32,000 bases of DNA from positions 90,001 to 122,000 of the forward strand of contig ACYB01000004.1 of NCBI GenBank assembly GCA_000175855.1. The letters are read 5' to 3'. Below the pieces are notes generated by a model. That model had not been told where the DNA came from, searched no databases, and was given only the letters and a program-made list of their open reading frames with translations. A program made the position numbers and the translations under genes. Below are positions 1 through 9,608 of this stretch, piece after piece; the stretch's first letter is position 1; every line of letters begins with the position of its first letter. The stretch is from Raphidiopsis brookii D9. Lineage in GTDB: Bacteria; Cyanobacteriota; Cyanobacteriia; Cyanobacteriales; Nostocaceae.

Positions 1-15
1 GAGTGCAAATCCATT

Positions 16-312
16 TTGCCGTCTTGGTATAAAAATCAAAGGCCTTCTCGATCATTGAGTATAGAACTTAGTCCCACTCACTTATATTTGGGGTACACAG
101 CTCTTGTAGCTGGTGCTGTAAGTGGGTTATCCATGATGTACGAACAGGCAAATAATCAAGGTATCAAAAACTTCCAGTCAACAACTCCATGTTTGTCATC
201 ACTATGTGGGTCAGATGAAAAAGCGACAAATGTTAATGATCAAAGTACTATGCAGCATGGTAGAGTAGGGAACTCTTTCGGTCCTCAAATTTCCCCGCCT
301 GAGGCGCTATAA
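16..312 (+). CDS. hypothetical protein (98 aa)
   Basis: ORF track; possible hydrophobic segment near the N-terminus; no family recognised. Confidence 0.35.
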   Translation: MPSWYKNQRPSRSLSIELSPTHLYLGYTALVAGAVSGLSMMYEQANNQGIKNFQSTTPCLSSLCGSDEKATNVNDQSTMQHGRVGNSFGPQISPPEAL

Positions 313-328
313 AAACTACCAAGAACAT

Positions 329-1021
329 TTGAAAGCCATATTCATGAACAGTGATACCCAACTAAGTCTATTTAACCAATCAGTCCTTGAGCAAAAAGGA
401 CTGATTTATACTGATGCTAAAATTCCCATTCCCATGGGAACCTATATAAATATCAACGAGCTAACACTCCACTGTGAAAATTGCCATCGGTGTGGACTGG
501 GTAAAACTCGCACTCATGCAGTGGTAGGAAGGGGAAACCCCCAAGCGAAAATCATGATTATTGGTGAAGCACCAGGACAACACGAAGATGAAACTGGGTT
601 ACCATTTGTAGGTAAATCTGGACAATTGTTAGATAAAATTCTAGCATCCGTGAATTTGACCACAGAGCAGGATGTGTATATATGCAACATTGTCAAATGT
701 CGTCCACCGGAAAACCGAGTTCCCACTTCAGAAGAAAGTAACGCTTGTAGACCCTACCTATTAGAACAAATCCGTCTGGTTGATCCAAAAATCATTTTAC
801 TAACAGGTGCCACTGCTGTAAAAGGAGTTACAGGTAACAAGCTGCCAATTACGAAAATTCGCGGGCAGTGGTTAGAATGGGAGGGACGCTTATGTATGCC
901 CATTTTTCACCCCTCCTATCTCTTACGTAACTCTGCCAAAGGGCAAGGATCCCCCAAGTGGTTAATGTGGCAGGATATACAAGAAATTAGAAACAGATAT
1001 GATCAAATATCAAGCAGTTAA
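329..1021 (+). CDS. uracil-DNA glycosylase, family 4 (Fe-S type)
   Basis: CENCHRCGLGKTRTHAVVGRGNPQAKIMIIGEAPGQHEDETGLPFVGKSGQLLD and IFHPSYLLR motifs, typical of type-4 UDG. Confidence 0.93.
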   Translation: MKAIFMNSDTQLSLFNQSVLEQKGLIYTDAKIPIPMGTYININELTLHCENCHRCGLGKTRTHAVVGRGNPQAKIMIIGEAPGQHEDETGLPFVGKSGQLLDKILASVNLTTEQDVYICNIVKCRPPENRVPTSEESNACRPYLLEQIRLVDPKIILLTGATAVKGVTGNKLPITKIRGQWLEWEGRLCMPIFHPSYLLRNSAKGQGSPKWLMWQDIQEIRNRYDQISSS

Positions 1022-1029
1022 CTGTAAGG

Positions 1030-2271
1030 TCAAGATAACACAGTCCCTACCAGCTGGGCCAAACGTTTGGCAGCGCCACTTTCACCCCTAGTTGTTAGCA
1101 ATTGGTGTTTCATTTGAGCCAATTTGAGGGGATTTTCTAATAGGTTTAAAACCATTTCTCCCACTGCGTGAGGTGCCAATTTACCAACCAATTCTGGGAC
1201 AATTTCTCGCCCCGCCCAAATATTAGGCCAGGCCAGTAAACCTTTATTTCTGAGGAACCACCAATTAATCAATTTTGCCAAACTGGAACCCACAACAGGT
1301 AAATTTGCCAGAATTCCTGGTAGACCATCCCAAGAGCGCATGGCATCCAATTGTTGGGTAGGTAATAACACAATCATTGGTACACCCAAAGCTCCCAGTT
1401 CAGCAGTGTTTGCTCCCACCGTAGTCAGACAAATGGCACAGGAAGATAACAAATGATAAGCGGGGTTTTCCTGAGTCAATTCTACCATCAAACCCCCAGA
1501 AGTTTCTAGGTAGTTATCCTTTAAGTATGCACCTTGAAAACCAAAGGATTGGGCAAACTTGTTTTTTTGAGGATTGGCAAAACTGGCCAAAGTCAGTAAA
1601 TTTAGAGTGGGTGCTACAGGTATAAAAAACTTGGTATGAGGTCTTTTAGCATAAATATATTCGGCTATAGCTAATTCTAGGGGCACACCCTGAATCAACT
1701 TAGCAGGTTTGGATCCAGGTAAAAGTCCAACTAACTCCCTTCCAGATTCTAAACTAGGAGATTGTGAAGTTACATAATCCTTATTAGCAGCTTCTAACAT
1801 CAAGTCACCCACAACATGAAACTTATGGATGTGCTTAGGTGAAACATTTTTCATCCCCTGAGGGTTCATAACGGCAAAACAGTCAATTAAATTATGCCAT
1901 CTGGCTTCCCACTCCGCATAAACTAGGGTTTTGTATCCCAACTTTCTGCCAATAATCACAGGGAAAACCTGATCTCCCCCCAAAAATATCACCACACCTT
2001 TTTTACGCCAATCCCAATTTTCCGCAGTTTTTCCCAGGAATAAAAACCGCCAGAAGTATTGAGGAGCTTGAACTCTGTTGACCTGTGGGTAAGATTTAGC
2101 GATCTTAGCTTCCTCACCGGTAGCATGGGGACAGGGTGATAAAATCACAGAAATTCTCACCTGAGAAATATCATTGCCCAATTGTTCTCTGAGAGCTGTA
2201 ACCACAGGACGCACCCAGGTTGTTACTTCTCCTGGTCCATTGGAAAGAATTAGAATATCAATATCAGTCAT
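1030..2271 (-). CDS. lipid-A-disaccharide synthase-related protein
   Basis: MTDIDILILSNGPGEVTTWVRPVVTAL N-terminus, GLLPGSKPAK and LTTVGANTAELGALGVPMIVLLP motifs, as in LpxB-related cyanobacterial proteins. Confidence 0.75.
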   Translation of the reverse strand: MTDIDILILSNGPGEVTTWVRPVVTALREQLGNDISQVRISVILSPCPHATGEEAKIAKSYPQVNRVQAPQYFWRFLFLGKTAENWDWRKKGVVIFLGGDQVFPVIIGRKLGYKTLVYAEWEARWHNLIDCFAVMNPQGMKNVSPKHIHKFHVVGDLMLEAANKDYVTSQSPSLESGRELVGLLPGSKPAKLIQGVPLELAIAEYIYAKRPHTKFFIPVAPTLNLLTLASFANPQKNKFAQSFGFQGAYLKDNYLETSGGLMVELTQENPAYHLLSSCAICLTTVGANTAELGALGVPMIVLLPTQQLDAMRSWDGLPGILANLPVVGSSLAKLINWWFLRNKGLLAWPNIWAGREIVPELVGKLAPHAVGEMVLNLLENPLKLAQMKHQLLTTRGESGAAKRLAQLVGTVLS

Positions 2272-2289
2272 ATCTTTAGTCCTGGCATT

Positions 2290-4995
2290 TTAATTCATCC
2301 TCTTCCTGGGAAACCAATCATCTAAAATGGCATAAACAACTGGTACAACAATTAGACTCAGAATAGTGGAAGTAACCAAACCTCCTGCGATCGCAATTGC
2401 CATAGGGGAGCGTAACTCAGATCCTGCGCCAAAGCCCAAAGCAATAGGTAACATGCCCAAAATAGTGGAGAAGGTAGTAATCATAATTGGTCTGAGTCTA
2501 ACAGGACCCGCTTGCAGAATAGCTTGTGTGCGTTTCATTCCGGCTCGGCGTAGTTGGTTGATGTAGTCTACCAATAAAATAGCATTTTTATTTGCCTGTC
2601 CTAGCAAGAACACAAATCCAATCAAAGAGATCATACCAAAATCACTCTTAGTGAACAACAAGGCCAACATAGCTCCCACCACTGCCAAAGGTAAGGAAGA
2701 ACCAATAACTAAAGGATCTACCCAACTTTTGAACAATAAAACCAACACCAGAATAATGCACAAAGCTGATAAGAGCAAGGTTGACAGGAAACTACCCACC
2801 ACCTCATTTTGTTTAGCAGAGTCTCCGCCCAAATCTAGAGTTACACCAGCAGGTAAAAGAGACTTAGCTTCCGCTACGATTCTATCAGTAGCATCACCAA
2901 GAGTTAAATTGTCACCCAGGTTAGAGCTGATATAGACTACTCGTTGATGGTTAAGTCGTTCGATTTGCAAAACTTGGTTCCTTGGATTGCCATCTCCCGT
3001 CACAGTCACATCAGCAAATCCGGGTAATTTAATAATACGTTCTTTAATCTTTTTAGATATTAAACTTAAAGTTGCTAAATCATTCCCGCGTAGCGCTACT
3101 TGTAATGGCTTATCTCCTCCAGTATCTACAAATTGAATATCTTCCACACTAGTAGTCACACCGGGAAGTTTAGGTAAAGTTTGTCGTAATTGATCCTGTA
3201 GTTGGGCAGTTTTCAGCTGGCGGTCTTTTTTTAATTTCACATAAAGATTGCCCTTATTTGGCTCACCTCCACGGGAACCAACCGTAGTAAATACTGTTTT
3301 TACATCTGGGTATTTTCTGACAACTGCTTCCAGTTTTTTTGCCACTGTTAGGGAATCTTGAAGGGGATTAGGGAGGGTAATTGGGGGTTGGTTAGGATCC
3401 TGGATAGTTCTTAATTGCTGTAATGCTGACAAGTCTGGGATTTTTGGTAGTGGTGCAGTATAGCTAATATTAAACTCACCTCGGTCCAACTTGGGTATAA
3501 AACCTTTGGGAATAAACGGGATAATAGCAAGACCAGCAACAAAACTCAGTATAGCCAATAGGATGACTATTTTTCGGTGATTGAGGGACCAGTACAGTAA
3601 ATTGGCATAGGATTGGTTAACATAGTCCCCCAAATTCGTCAACCCTGATGTGACACTTGATAATAAACCCTGTTTTTTACCTCTTATTTGTCCCAGGGAG
3701 TAATTTTTTTTGGCCGGTTTAAGCCAGTAAATGGATAATACTGGTGAGAGAGTACGTGCTACTAATGTGGAAGCAATATAAGCTGCAGAAACAGTAATTC
3801 CGAAGGGTTTGAAAAATTGTCCAACCACACCCCCCATTAAACCAATGGGCAAGAAAACAGCTATAGCTGTAGCAGTTGCTGCTACCACTGTTAGACCTAT
3901 TTCATCAGTAGCTGAATATGCTGCTTCTTTTGGACTTTGACCATTTTGAATGTGACGTAGTATGTTTTCTACATCAATAATAGCATCATCAATTACACTG
4001 CCAATTATTAAAGCTAAAGCTAACAAGGTAATTGTTTCCAAGTTAAAGCCAAAATAGGCCATCACAATTAATGTAGCTAATAAAGATATAGGAATTGCTA
4101 AAGCAGAAATTAAAGTAGCTCGCCAACTCCATAAAAAGGGGAAAATGACCACAACTGCTAGGATGATAGCTTCTATTAACGCATTTATAGTTGATTGGGT
4201 GGCTTCACGAATATAGTCTGCTTGAGTAGCTGCTAGGGTAAATGTGACATTTTTCAGAATAGAGCGTAACTTGTTGACTTCTTGCTCTACTTTATCCACT
4301 ACTTCTAGGGTATTGGCATCTCCACGTTTTACTACCTGCAGTGCTAATACATTCTTCCCATTAAATCTGATTAAATTTCCATTATCTGGAATTAAGCTGC
4401 TGGTGTTAGGTAAAGCGGATTTTGGTGCAGTGCCCAATAGTGAGACCTTGAGTACCCCCGGTAATTTTTCAATTGTCGGTACAATTTTTGCTTTTGCCAA
4501 TTGCTGCAAATCATTTAGGCTTTTAGATTTACCTTCAATGGCATAACTTACTACGGAAGACTCATTTAGATTCAAGGGAATAATTTTATAATTTGCTCCT
4601 GTTGGTAGTTTTACGCTCTTGAGTACACTTGTAGTTTTTTTAGTAGAAGCTTCTAAATTTGTGCCAACTGCAAATAAAAGACTAATAGCACTTTGTCCTG
4701 GATATGTGGAAGAACGAATATTATTAATTCCCGGTATGGATTTTAAACTTGTTTCTATTGGTTTAGTTAACTTTTCTTCTGTTTCTATAGCGGAAGTGAT
4801 TGGTGCTTGGGCATTTACCACAACCACAGGGAAAGTAATATCTGGGAAAAGTGCGTATTTTAGGGAACTAAAAGCTAACAGACCTGCTGCTGTTACCCCA
4901 ATCCAGAAGCATACTGTCAGCCATGAAAATTTAATCGCCCACCTGGAGATATTAAAAATCTCCCTTGCGGATTTTATGTGGTTGTTTTTCACCAT
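2290..4995 (-). CDS. efflux RND transporter permease (AcrB/HAE1-like)
   Basis: 901 aa; FPDITFPVVVVNAQAP, GSVIDDAIIDVENILRH, GGVVGQFFKPFG and GQANKNAILLVDYINQLR motifs; RND architecture. Confidence 0.93.
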   Translation of the reverse strand: MVKNNHIKSAREIFNISRWAIKFSWLTVCFWIGVTAAGLLAFSSLKYALFPDITFPVVVVNAQAPITSAIETEEKLTKPIETSLKSIPGINNIRSSTYPGQSAISLLFAVGTNLEASTKKTTSVLKSVKLPTGANYKIIPLNLNESSVVSYAIEGKSKSLNDLQQLAKAKIVPTIEKLPGVLKVSLLGTAPKSALPNTSSLIPDNGNLIRFNGKNVLALQVVKRGDANTLEVVDKVEQEVNKLRSILKNVTFTLAATQADYIREATQSTINALIEAIILAVVVIFPFLWSWRATLISALAIPISLLATLIVMAYFGFNLETITLLALALIIGSVIDDAIIDVENILRHIQNGQSPKEAAYSATDEIGLTVVAATATAIAVFLPIGLMGGVVGQFFKPFGITVSAAYIASTLVARTLSPVLSIYWLKPAKKNYSLGQIRGKKQGLLSSVTSGLTNLGDYVNQSYANLLYWSLNHRKIVILLAILSFVAGLAIIPFIPKGFIPKLDRGEFNISYTAPLPKIPDLSALQQLRTIQDPNQPPITLPNPLQDSLTVAKKLEAVVRKYPDVKTVFTTVGSRGGEPNKGNLYVKLKKDRQLKTAQLQDQLRQTLPKLPGVTTSVEDIQFVDTGGDKPLQVALRGNDLATLSLISKKIKERIIKLPGFADVTVTGDGNPRNQVLQIERLNHQRVVYISSNLGDNLTLGDATDRIVAEAKSLLPAGVTLDLGGDSAKQNEVVGSFLSTLLLSALCIILVLVLLFKSWVDPLVIGSSLPLAVVGAMLALLFTKSDFGMISLIGFVFLLGQANKNAILLVDYINQLRRAGMKRTQAILQAGPVRLRPIMITTFSTILGMLPIALGFGAGSELRSPMAIAIAGGLVTSTILSLIVVPVVYAILDDWFPRKRMN

Positions 4996-5446
4996 TGGTA
5001 TTTATGTACGTGAAACGGTCATTTTTAACATACGTGAGAGTTGTCATTCTACCTCATTAATCACTACTTGAAACTCTGGTGTAATTAATTGTTACACGGT
5101 CATCTAGTTGCTTTAAGTCACGCAGTGCGTTTGATATCTGCTAGATAGAAGCGTCTGTGTCCACTGGAAGCGCGTTTATATCGTATCTTTCCTTATCTTT
5201 GGATTTGAAGATTTACCCTCCAATGTGGGGTCAGCGATTACGATTTCAATGATATGGTCTTTTGGTTAAATCAGGTTAATTAACCTGGAGACAGCGAATT
5301 GATTCCCCGTCTGAAAGCTCAAGTCAATCAACGACTGAAAAGGACTTGGGAAATGCGATCGCAATGTGTGGATTGATTGGGAATTCCATTAGTTGGGCGG
5401 ATCACCATAGCGATCGCTAGTATTACACCATGGAAGTGGTTCGATT

Positions 5447-5890
5447 TTAATTGACTTTTGGTAAGAAACGTGAAGATAGAATTTCTTCTAGCGCAAAGGG
5501 ACAAGATAAGGGAAACGTGGTTGCTGGGAGAGAGGTTTCTTCCTGAGCATCACTTACAGATTTAGCATAAACTGTTACCAGTGCTGTTTCTAAATCCCTG
5601 CGGAGACTTGGACTATCCAGGAGTAGAGATTGGATTTCATCTCGTTGATGATCTATAGTAGCTAACCAACTTTTGCTTTGTTTATCTGGCTGATATTGCC
5701 ATTTGAGTAGATGCATAATTAAAACCTGCAACCGACTACGAAGTTGACGGCGATCGCGCTTTCCCATGCTTTCTAACTCTTGAGCAATGTGTTCAGCATC
5801 AATTTCTGACAAAGAGCCACAACGTAATAGTTCCACATTTTTACTTATCCAACCATAGAAATCTAGGTCATATTCAGCTTCTAAATTCAT
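5447..5890 (-). CDS. DUF29 family protein
   Basis: YDLDFYGWISKNVELLRCGSLSEIDAEHIAQELESMGKRDRRQLRSRLQVLIMHLLKWQYQP is a DUF29 signature. Confidence 0.85.
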   Translation of the reverse strand: MNLEAEYDLDFYGWISKNVELLRCGSLSEIDAEHIAQELESMGKRDRRQLRSRLQVLIMHLLKWQYQPDKQSKSWLATIDHQRDEIQSLLLDSPSLRRDLETALVTVYAKSVSDAQEETSLPATTFPLSCPFALEEILSSRFLPKVN

Positions 5891-5969
5891 ATTTGGTCCC
5901 CTAAAGCTGGCAATTTGTTTGATCGTTTGTTGACGATTCCTCGATAATAATGTTTTTATTTTAAATTAA

Positions 5970-5981
5970 GAGCGCGCGCTC
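5970..5981. other. perfect 12-bp palindrome GAGCGCGCGCTC
   Basis: Read directly; lies between the two DUF29 genes. Confidence 0.6.
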
Positions 5982-6014
5982 CGGGTAGTTATGGGTAAAC
6001 TCCCTAATACCGTA

Positions 6015-6452
6015 CTAATCAGGAAAAAAATCTGAGTCTAGTAATTGTTCTGCAGAAAACGGGCAAGTTATAGGAAAAAGACCAGGAGACAGATCACTTT
6101 TTCTGATAGCTTGTTTTCTTGCCTTGAAATACATCTCGTCAATTTCTTTGAGGAAATAATTGTATAGGGTACCTGATCTTAACAACATGTCAAGCTCAAA
6201 TCGAAAATTATCAATTTCGTTTTGCCAACCTTTAGCACACATATCTTTTTCCGTATCCCAATATTTATACAATAGCAAATGTATAAGAAGCTGACGTAGA
6301 TAACTGTCTACTTTGTGCCTTTGTTCATTCCCCAAGGTTAAAATCTCCTCCTTCAAATGCGGTATGTCCAACTGACCAAGCTCACCCTTCTCTAATAATC
6401 TGTAGGTTTCTTGTAGCCAGAGAAAGTAATCTTGCTCGTAGAGAGTGCTAAT
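6015..6452 (-). CDS. DUF29 family protein; likely true start is ATT at 6452 (or 5' decayed)
   Basis: The ORF track gives 6015..6371 from an internal TTG. The same frame continues upstream as ISTLYEQDYFLWLQETYRLLEKGELGQLDIPHLKEEI, the conserved DUF29 N-terminus, to an ATT codon, with an in-frame TGA a few codons further upstream. Confidence 0.7.
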   Translation of the reverse strand: MSTLYEQDYFLWLQETYRLLEKGELGQLDIPHLKEEILTLGNEQRHKVDSYLRQLLIHLLLYKYWDTEKDMCAKGWQNEIDNFRFELDMLLRSGTLYNYFLKEIDEMYFKARKQAIRKSDLSPGLFPITCPFSAEQLLDSDFFPD

Positions 6453-6532
6453 GTTTCCATAATAATTTCATCTGAATACTAAATAAATGTTATCATAGTG
6501 GAGTTAGAATCTATTCAAACCATATGGTCTGG

Positions 6533-6997
6533 TTATAGGATAAGTGGAAATGTGGGTTGTTCAATAGCATCGGATCCCCCTTCTACTGGGTTTTTTTCCT
6601 CTAACTTAGCATCAAACCCTTCTAGAATCGGTTTGCTCACTGATGTCCCCAATATCCACAGGTAAGGAAGTTATTCTTCTTTTAATTTTCTCCTTTCCCG
6701 TTTTGCCTGCCTTCTGATTTCCGCAATTAAAACAAACAGTTTTAATACACATTCACGAATGTTAGTTTGATTTGGCGGGTTACGGAATACTTCAAACAAA
6801 ACTGGGGTGGAGATGATTCTGGATAAAATCCCCAGGTCGGGGGCGTTTTCTATGTTCTCAGGATTTGGAGAAAAGAAAACGTCTATTTGACGGGGTTCAT
6901 CGCTGACCTCTTTGTTGATGTTAACTTTTCCCAGAAGTGTTAGCAATTCTTCCAAGAAGTGTTTAGCAAATTGATCATGTACTTCTCTGGTTACCAT
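6533..6997 (-). pseudogene. cyanobacterial hypothetical protein interrupted by an in-frame TAA (6671..6673)
   Basis: The 108-aa ORF ends ...RRQAKRERRKLKEE*. The same frame continues LPYLWILGTSVSKPILEGFDAKLEEKNPVEGGSDAIEQPTFPLIL* to 6533, which reads as continuation of the same protein. Confidence 0.55.
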
Positions 6998-7214
6998 TTA
7001 GATGCACTCGTCGTATTTAAAAGTTAAGGATGTTTACCTCAAACTTGACTGTTCACTACTTTAGTATAATAGTACTTGAATAATTTATCAATAAGTTTAT
7101 CATAGTTATTATTTATTAATTCTATAGATTAAGACTTGTCAAGCATAAGCAAAAAGGGTAAAGTAAATCAGGGCGATCGCATTTTACAATTGTTCACTAA
7201 TTAAAAGTTTCGCA

Positions 7215-7243
7215 CCCCCCTAATCCTATTTTGTCAAGGGGGG
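7215..7243. terminator. possible hairpin CCCCCC-N17-GGGGGG downstream of the 7291 stop
   Basis: Inverted repeat read directly; terminator role uncertain, no clear U-tract. Confidence 0.25.
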
Positions 7244-7290
7244 AAACAAAAGCATCATTACTAACTACAATTTATATCTGTCCGATTATC

Positions 7291-8181
7291 CTAATTCTCC
7301 TGGTCCGGTTGTTCAGTGTCTAATTGTGTCAGTGTTGACTGCTCTGGTTTAGATTCTAGTTTGGATAAAAATGTCTCCAAATCTCCAATCTGGGTGAATC
7401 CTAACAGGGCTTCCCCTAAATTTTCTAACTGAGGAATAGTCAATTTTTTGACCCTCTTGACCATAGTTTCTGACAAATTTGCCAATTTCCTGGTTAACAA
7501 ACGAAGGACTAAATTTACTTCCCCTTCTTGACGACCTTCAGTATAGATCTGCTGATAAAACCGAGATTTTGTTACATCCATTGTTTTGATTTCTAGCATC
7601 TCCATGATAATCTCCTTGGTTAATTCAGGGAATTTATTTGCTAGCATAGTTTCTATTAATGTTAGCCGTTTTTCGTACTCACTTTCCGATTCTGCGTTCC
7701 TAAGCAGGTTCTTGCCAATTTCTGCACTTTCTTCCTGCTCTGTTACTAACATTTGTAACAAGGACAGGTTTGAACTTAATTCCTTTCTTCCTTGTAAGTC
7801 TTTCAGAAAAATACGTGTAACTTGGTTTTGTAATAGACAATTGTATGGTAACTCTGTGCCAAAATTCACCCCTGGACTGGATAATATTAATAATCCTCTC
7901 CAAGGTCTATTTACTTCGTACTGGGCCAGGTAAAGAAAGGTTTCTGCAAAAAATCTGCTGTAGAAATTCTTGTCTGTTTGCATTTGGGCTTCTGCAAACA
8001 CTATGGGGATATTGGGATCATCTGAGACGGGGGTGAAGAGTCCGTCAAAACGAAATTCTTTTTCCTTGACTACTACTGAACTGTAGGTGAAGGACCATTC
8101 AGACTCAAATCCCGGGATTAACTCGGATAACATTCCCGGTTGAGACAAAAAAAGTTCATAAAACCATTTGTCTGTTTTCAT
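7291..8181 (-). CDS. Rpn/DUF2887-like PD-(D/E)XK family protein with DUF4351-like C-terminus
   Basis: MKTDKWFYELFLSQPGMLSELIPG...FRFDGLFTP...FAEAQMQ...FYSRFFAETFLYLAQY; C-terminal LRLLTRKLANLSETMVKRVKKLTIPQLENLGEALLGFTQIGDLETFL. Confidence 0.85.
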   Translation of the reverse strand: MKTDKWFYELFLSQPGMLSELIPGFESEWSFTYSSVVVKEKEFRFDGLFTPVSDDPNIPIVFAEAQMQTDKNFYSRFFAETFLYLAQYEVNRPWRGLLILSSPGVNFGTELPYNCLLQNQVTRIFLKDLQGRKELSSNLSLLQMLVTEQEESAEIGKNLLRNAESESEYEKRLTLIETMLANKFPELTKEIIMEMLEIKTMDVTKSRFYQQIYTEGRQEGEVNLVLRLLTRKLANLSETMVKRVKKLTIPQLENLGEALLGFTQIGDLETFLSKLESKPEQSTLTQLDTEQPDQEN

Positions 8182-8346
8182 AGGTTATTATTCAAGGCTT
8201 GGTTGTGATGGAAAGGTATTTAGTGAGTTTGTTATGTGTTTATTTTCCCTTTAATTAAGGGCGATCGCCTTATATAATTGCAGCACCGTAGTGAATATAC
8301 TATATAGCATCCCATTGTTTAGCTAAAATCCCGACAGTCTCTTAAC

Positions 8347-8608
8347 CTACCAAGTTTTAGGTTCAAAGCTAGGGGGAGTGTCTATTTGAAATACTTCGTC
8401 TTGAATGTTGGCTACATATAATCCTGCTTCGATTGCCATATTTTTCATTTCCTCTGACATATCAACCCCCGCTAAAATCCCGTATACCTAATTTATTACC
8501 TAGACCACCGATTTGCTTGCCCAATTCCTTAATTTGAAGGTCGGTTTCTTTTTGGGACTCAACTAATTGGGCCAGCAATTCCCAAACTTGATCAGCATTT
8601 GTTGCCAT
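8347..8608 (-). pseudogene. DUF3782-like protein remnant
   Basis: Minus strand encodes MATNADQVWELLAQLVESQKETDLQIKELGKQIGGLGNKLGIRDFSGG*, then in another frame MSEEMKNMAIEAGLYVANIQDEVFQIDTPPSFEPKTW*. These match N- and C-terminal pieces of the cyanobacterial DUF3782 family as I recall it; the middle is missing. Confidence 0.45.
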
Positions 8609-8856
8609 ATCTACCTACTATAATAGAAAAGTTTTGATTTTAGTAATACTAGTTTACCATACTTTATCTGAGACCCAAATACTCCTGTTCTCTATTAAAA
8701 ACGTGATTTATTAACCACTTGCACTAGCGCGATCGCCCTTCTACTCCTCTTGAAAAGGTTAACACATATTCTTAATTATTCACCAATAAAACCAATTAGC
8801 TGAAATTTATTTTGGCTTGTCAAGCTTATACGAGTAAGGCAAAAACAACCTAATGC

Positions 8857-9608
8857 GGCGTTGCAGGATAAAGTATGAATCATGAAGAGAACAGGACAGA
8901 AGGGTCATGAAGATAATGAATCAGCAACCGCACAGAGTAACGCAACATATCTAAAGACTTGGAATAGCAGAAGGTTTTACGGTGCAATCGTGCCAGATAG
9001 TGACGTAACCGAGAGTTTTCTCCCTCAACTCGCGTCATGTAAGTCTTGCTAATAATCTGATCACCATCAGGGATAAAACTTGGATATACAGTCCATCCAT
9101 CAGTGACGTAGAAATGGCATTGCCATGCCACCACTATTGTCCATAATGGCTCAAAAGTCTCAGCACTATGATCACCTAAAGTCCAAGCTAGGATGCCCTT
9201 ACGGAAATGGTCTACTGCTGTCCACACCCAAATCTTGTTTTTTTTGATCCGACAAATGTTTCCAGTTCATCCAATTCGCCAACATCGGGGATATTCTCTG
9301 GGGCGATTGCATCAGGTAACTTCTTGCCTTTTTGTTTAACCCAATCAATGACTGTGGTGTGATGTACTCCCATCACTCTTTCTATAGCCCTGAATCCCAT
9401 GCCATTGAGATACATCTTCAGGCAAGTTTGTTTGGTAGTTTCTGGGAATGCTTTGGTTTGTTCACTGGGATTTATAAACTGTCGTCCACATTCAGCGCAA
9501 ATGTGATTTTGTTTTCCTTTCTTAATACCATTTTTGCGTATGTGTTCTGATCCACACTTTGGACATTTCATCTCTCTTGCTTGAACTCATACTTTATTAT
9601 GCAATGCC
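8857..9608 (-). mobile_element. IS1-family insertion sequence, about 752 bp
   Basis: Inverted ends GGCGTTGCAGGATAAAGTATGAA (8857) and TTCATACTTTATTATGCAATGCC-type (ends 9608) flank InsA/InsB'-like ORFs; size close to IS1. Confidence 0.85.
8880..9571 (-). CDS. IS1-family transposase produced by -1 frameshift (upstream ORF 9212..9571, downstream ORF 8880..9227)
   Basis: Zinc-ribbon N-terminus MKCPKCGSEHIRKNGIKKGKQNHICAECGRQF; DDE-like part MWTAVDHFRKGILAWTLGDHSAETFEPLW...YVTDGWTVYP; the frames overlap at TCAAAAAAAAC (A8C), joining as GSKKNKIWVWTAVDH. Confidence 0.85.

Noticed and set aside
2366-2935. Plus-strand ORFs 2366..2566 and 2651..2935 (and 4244..4546)
   Set aside because: Antisense shadows of the RND transporter; no recognisable domain.
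4619-5071. Plus-strand ORF of 150 aa
   Set aside because: Mostly antisense to the strongly supported RND transporter gene; composition looks like a reverse-frame shadow.
7586-8036. Plus-strand and secondary minus-strand ORFs (7586..7933, 7700..7903, 7845..8036)
   Set aside because: Shadows of the Rpn-like gene in other frames.
9332-9550. Plus-strand ORF of 72 aa inside the IS1 element
   Set aside because: Antisense shadow of the transposase.
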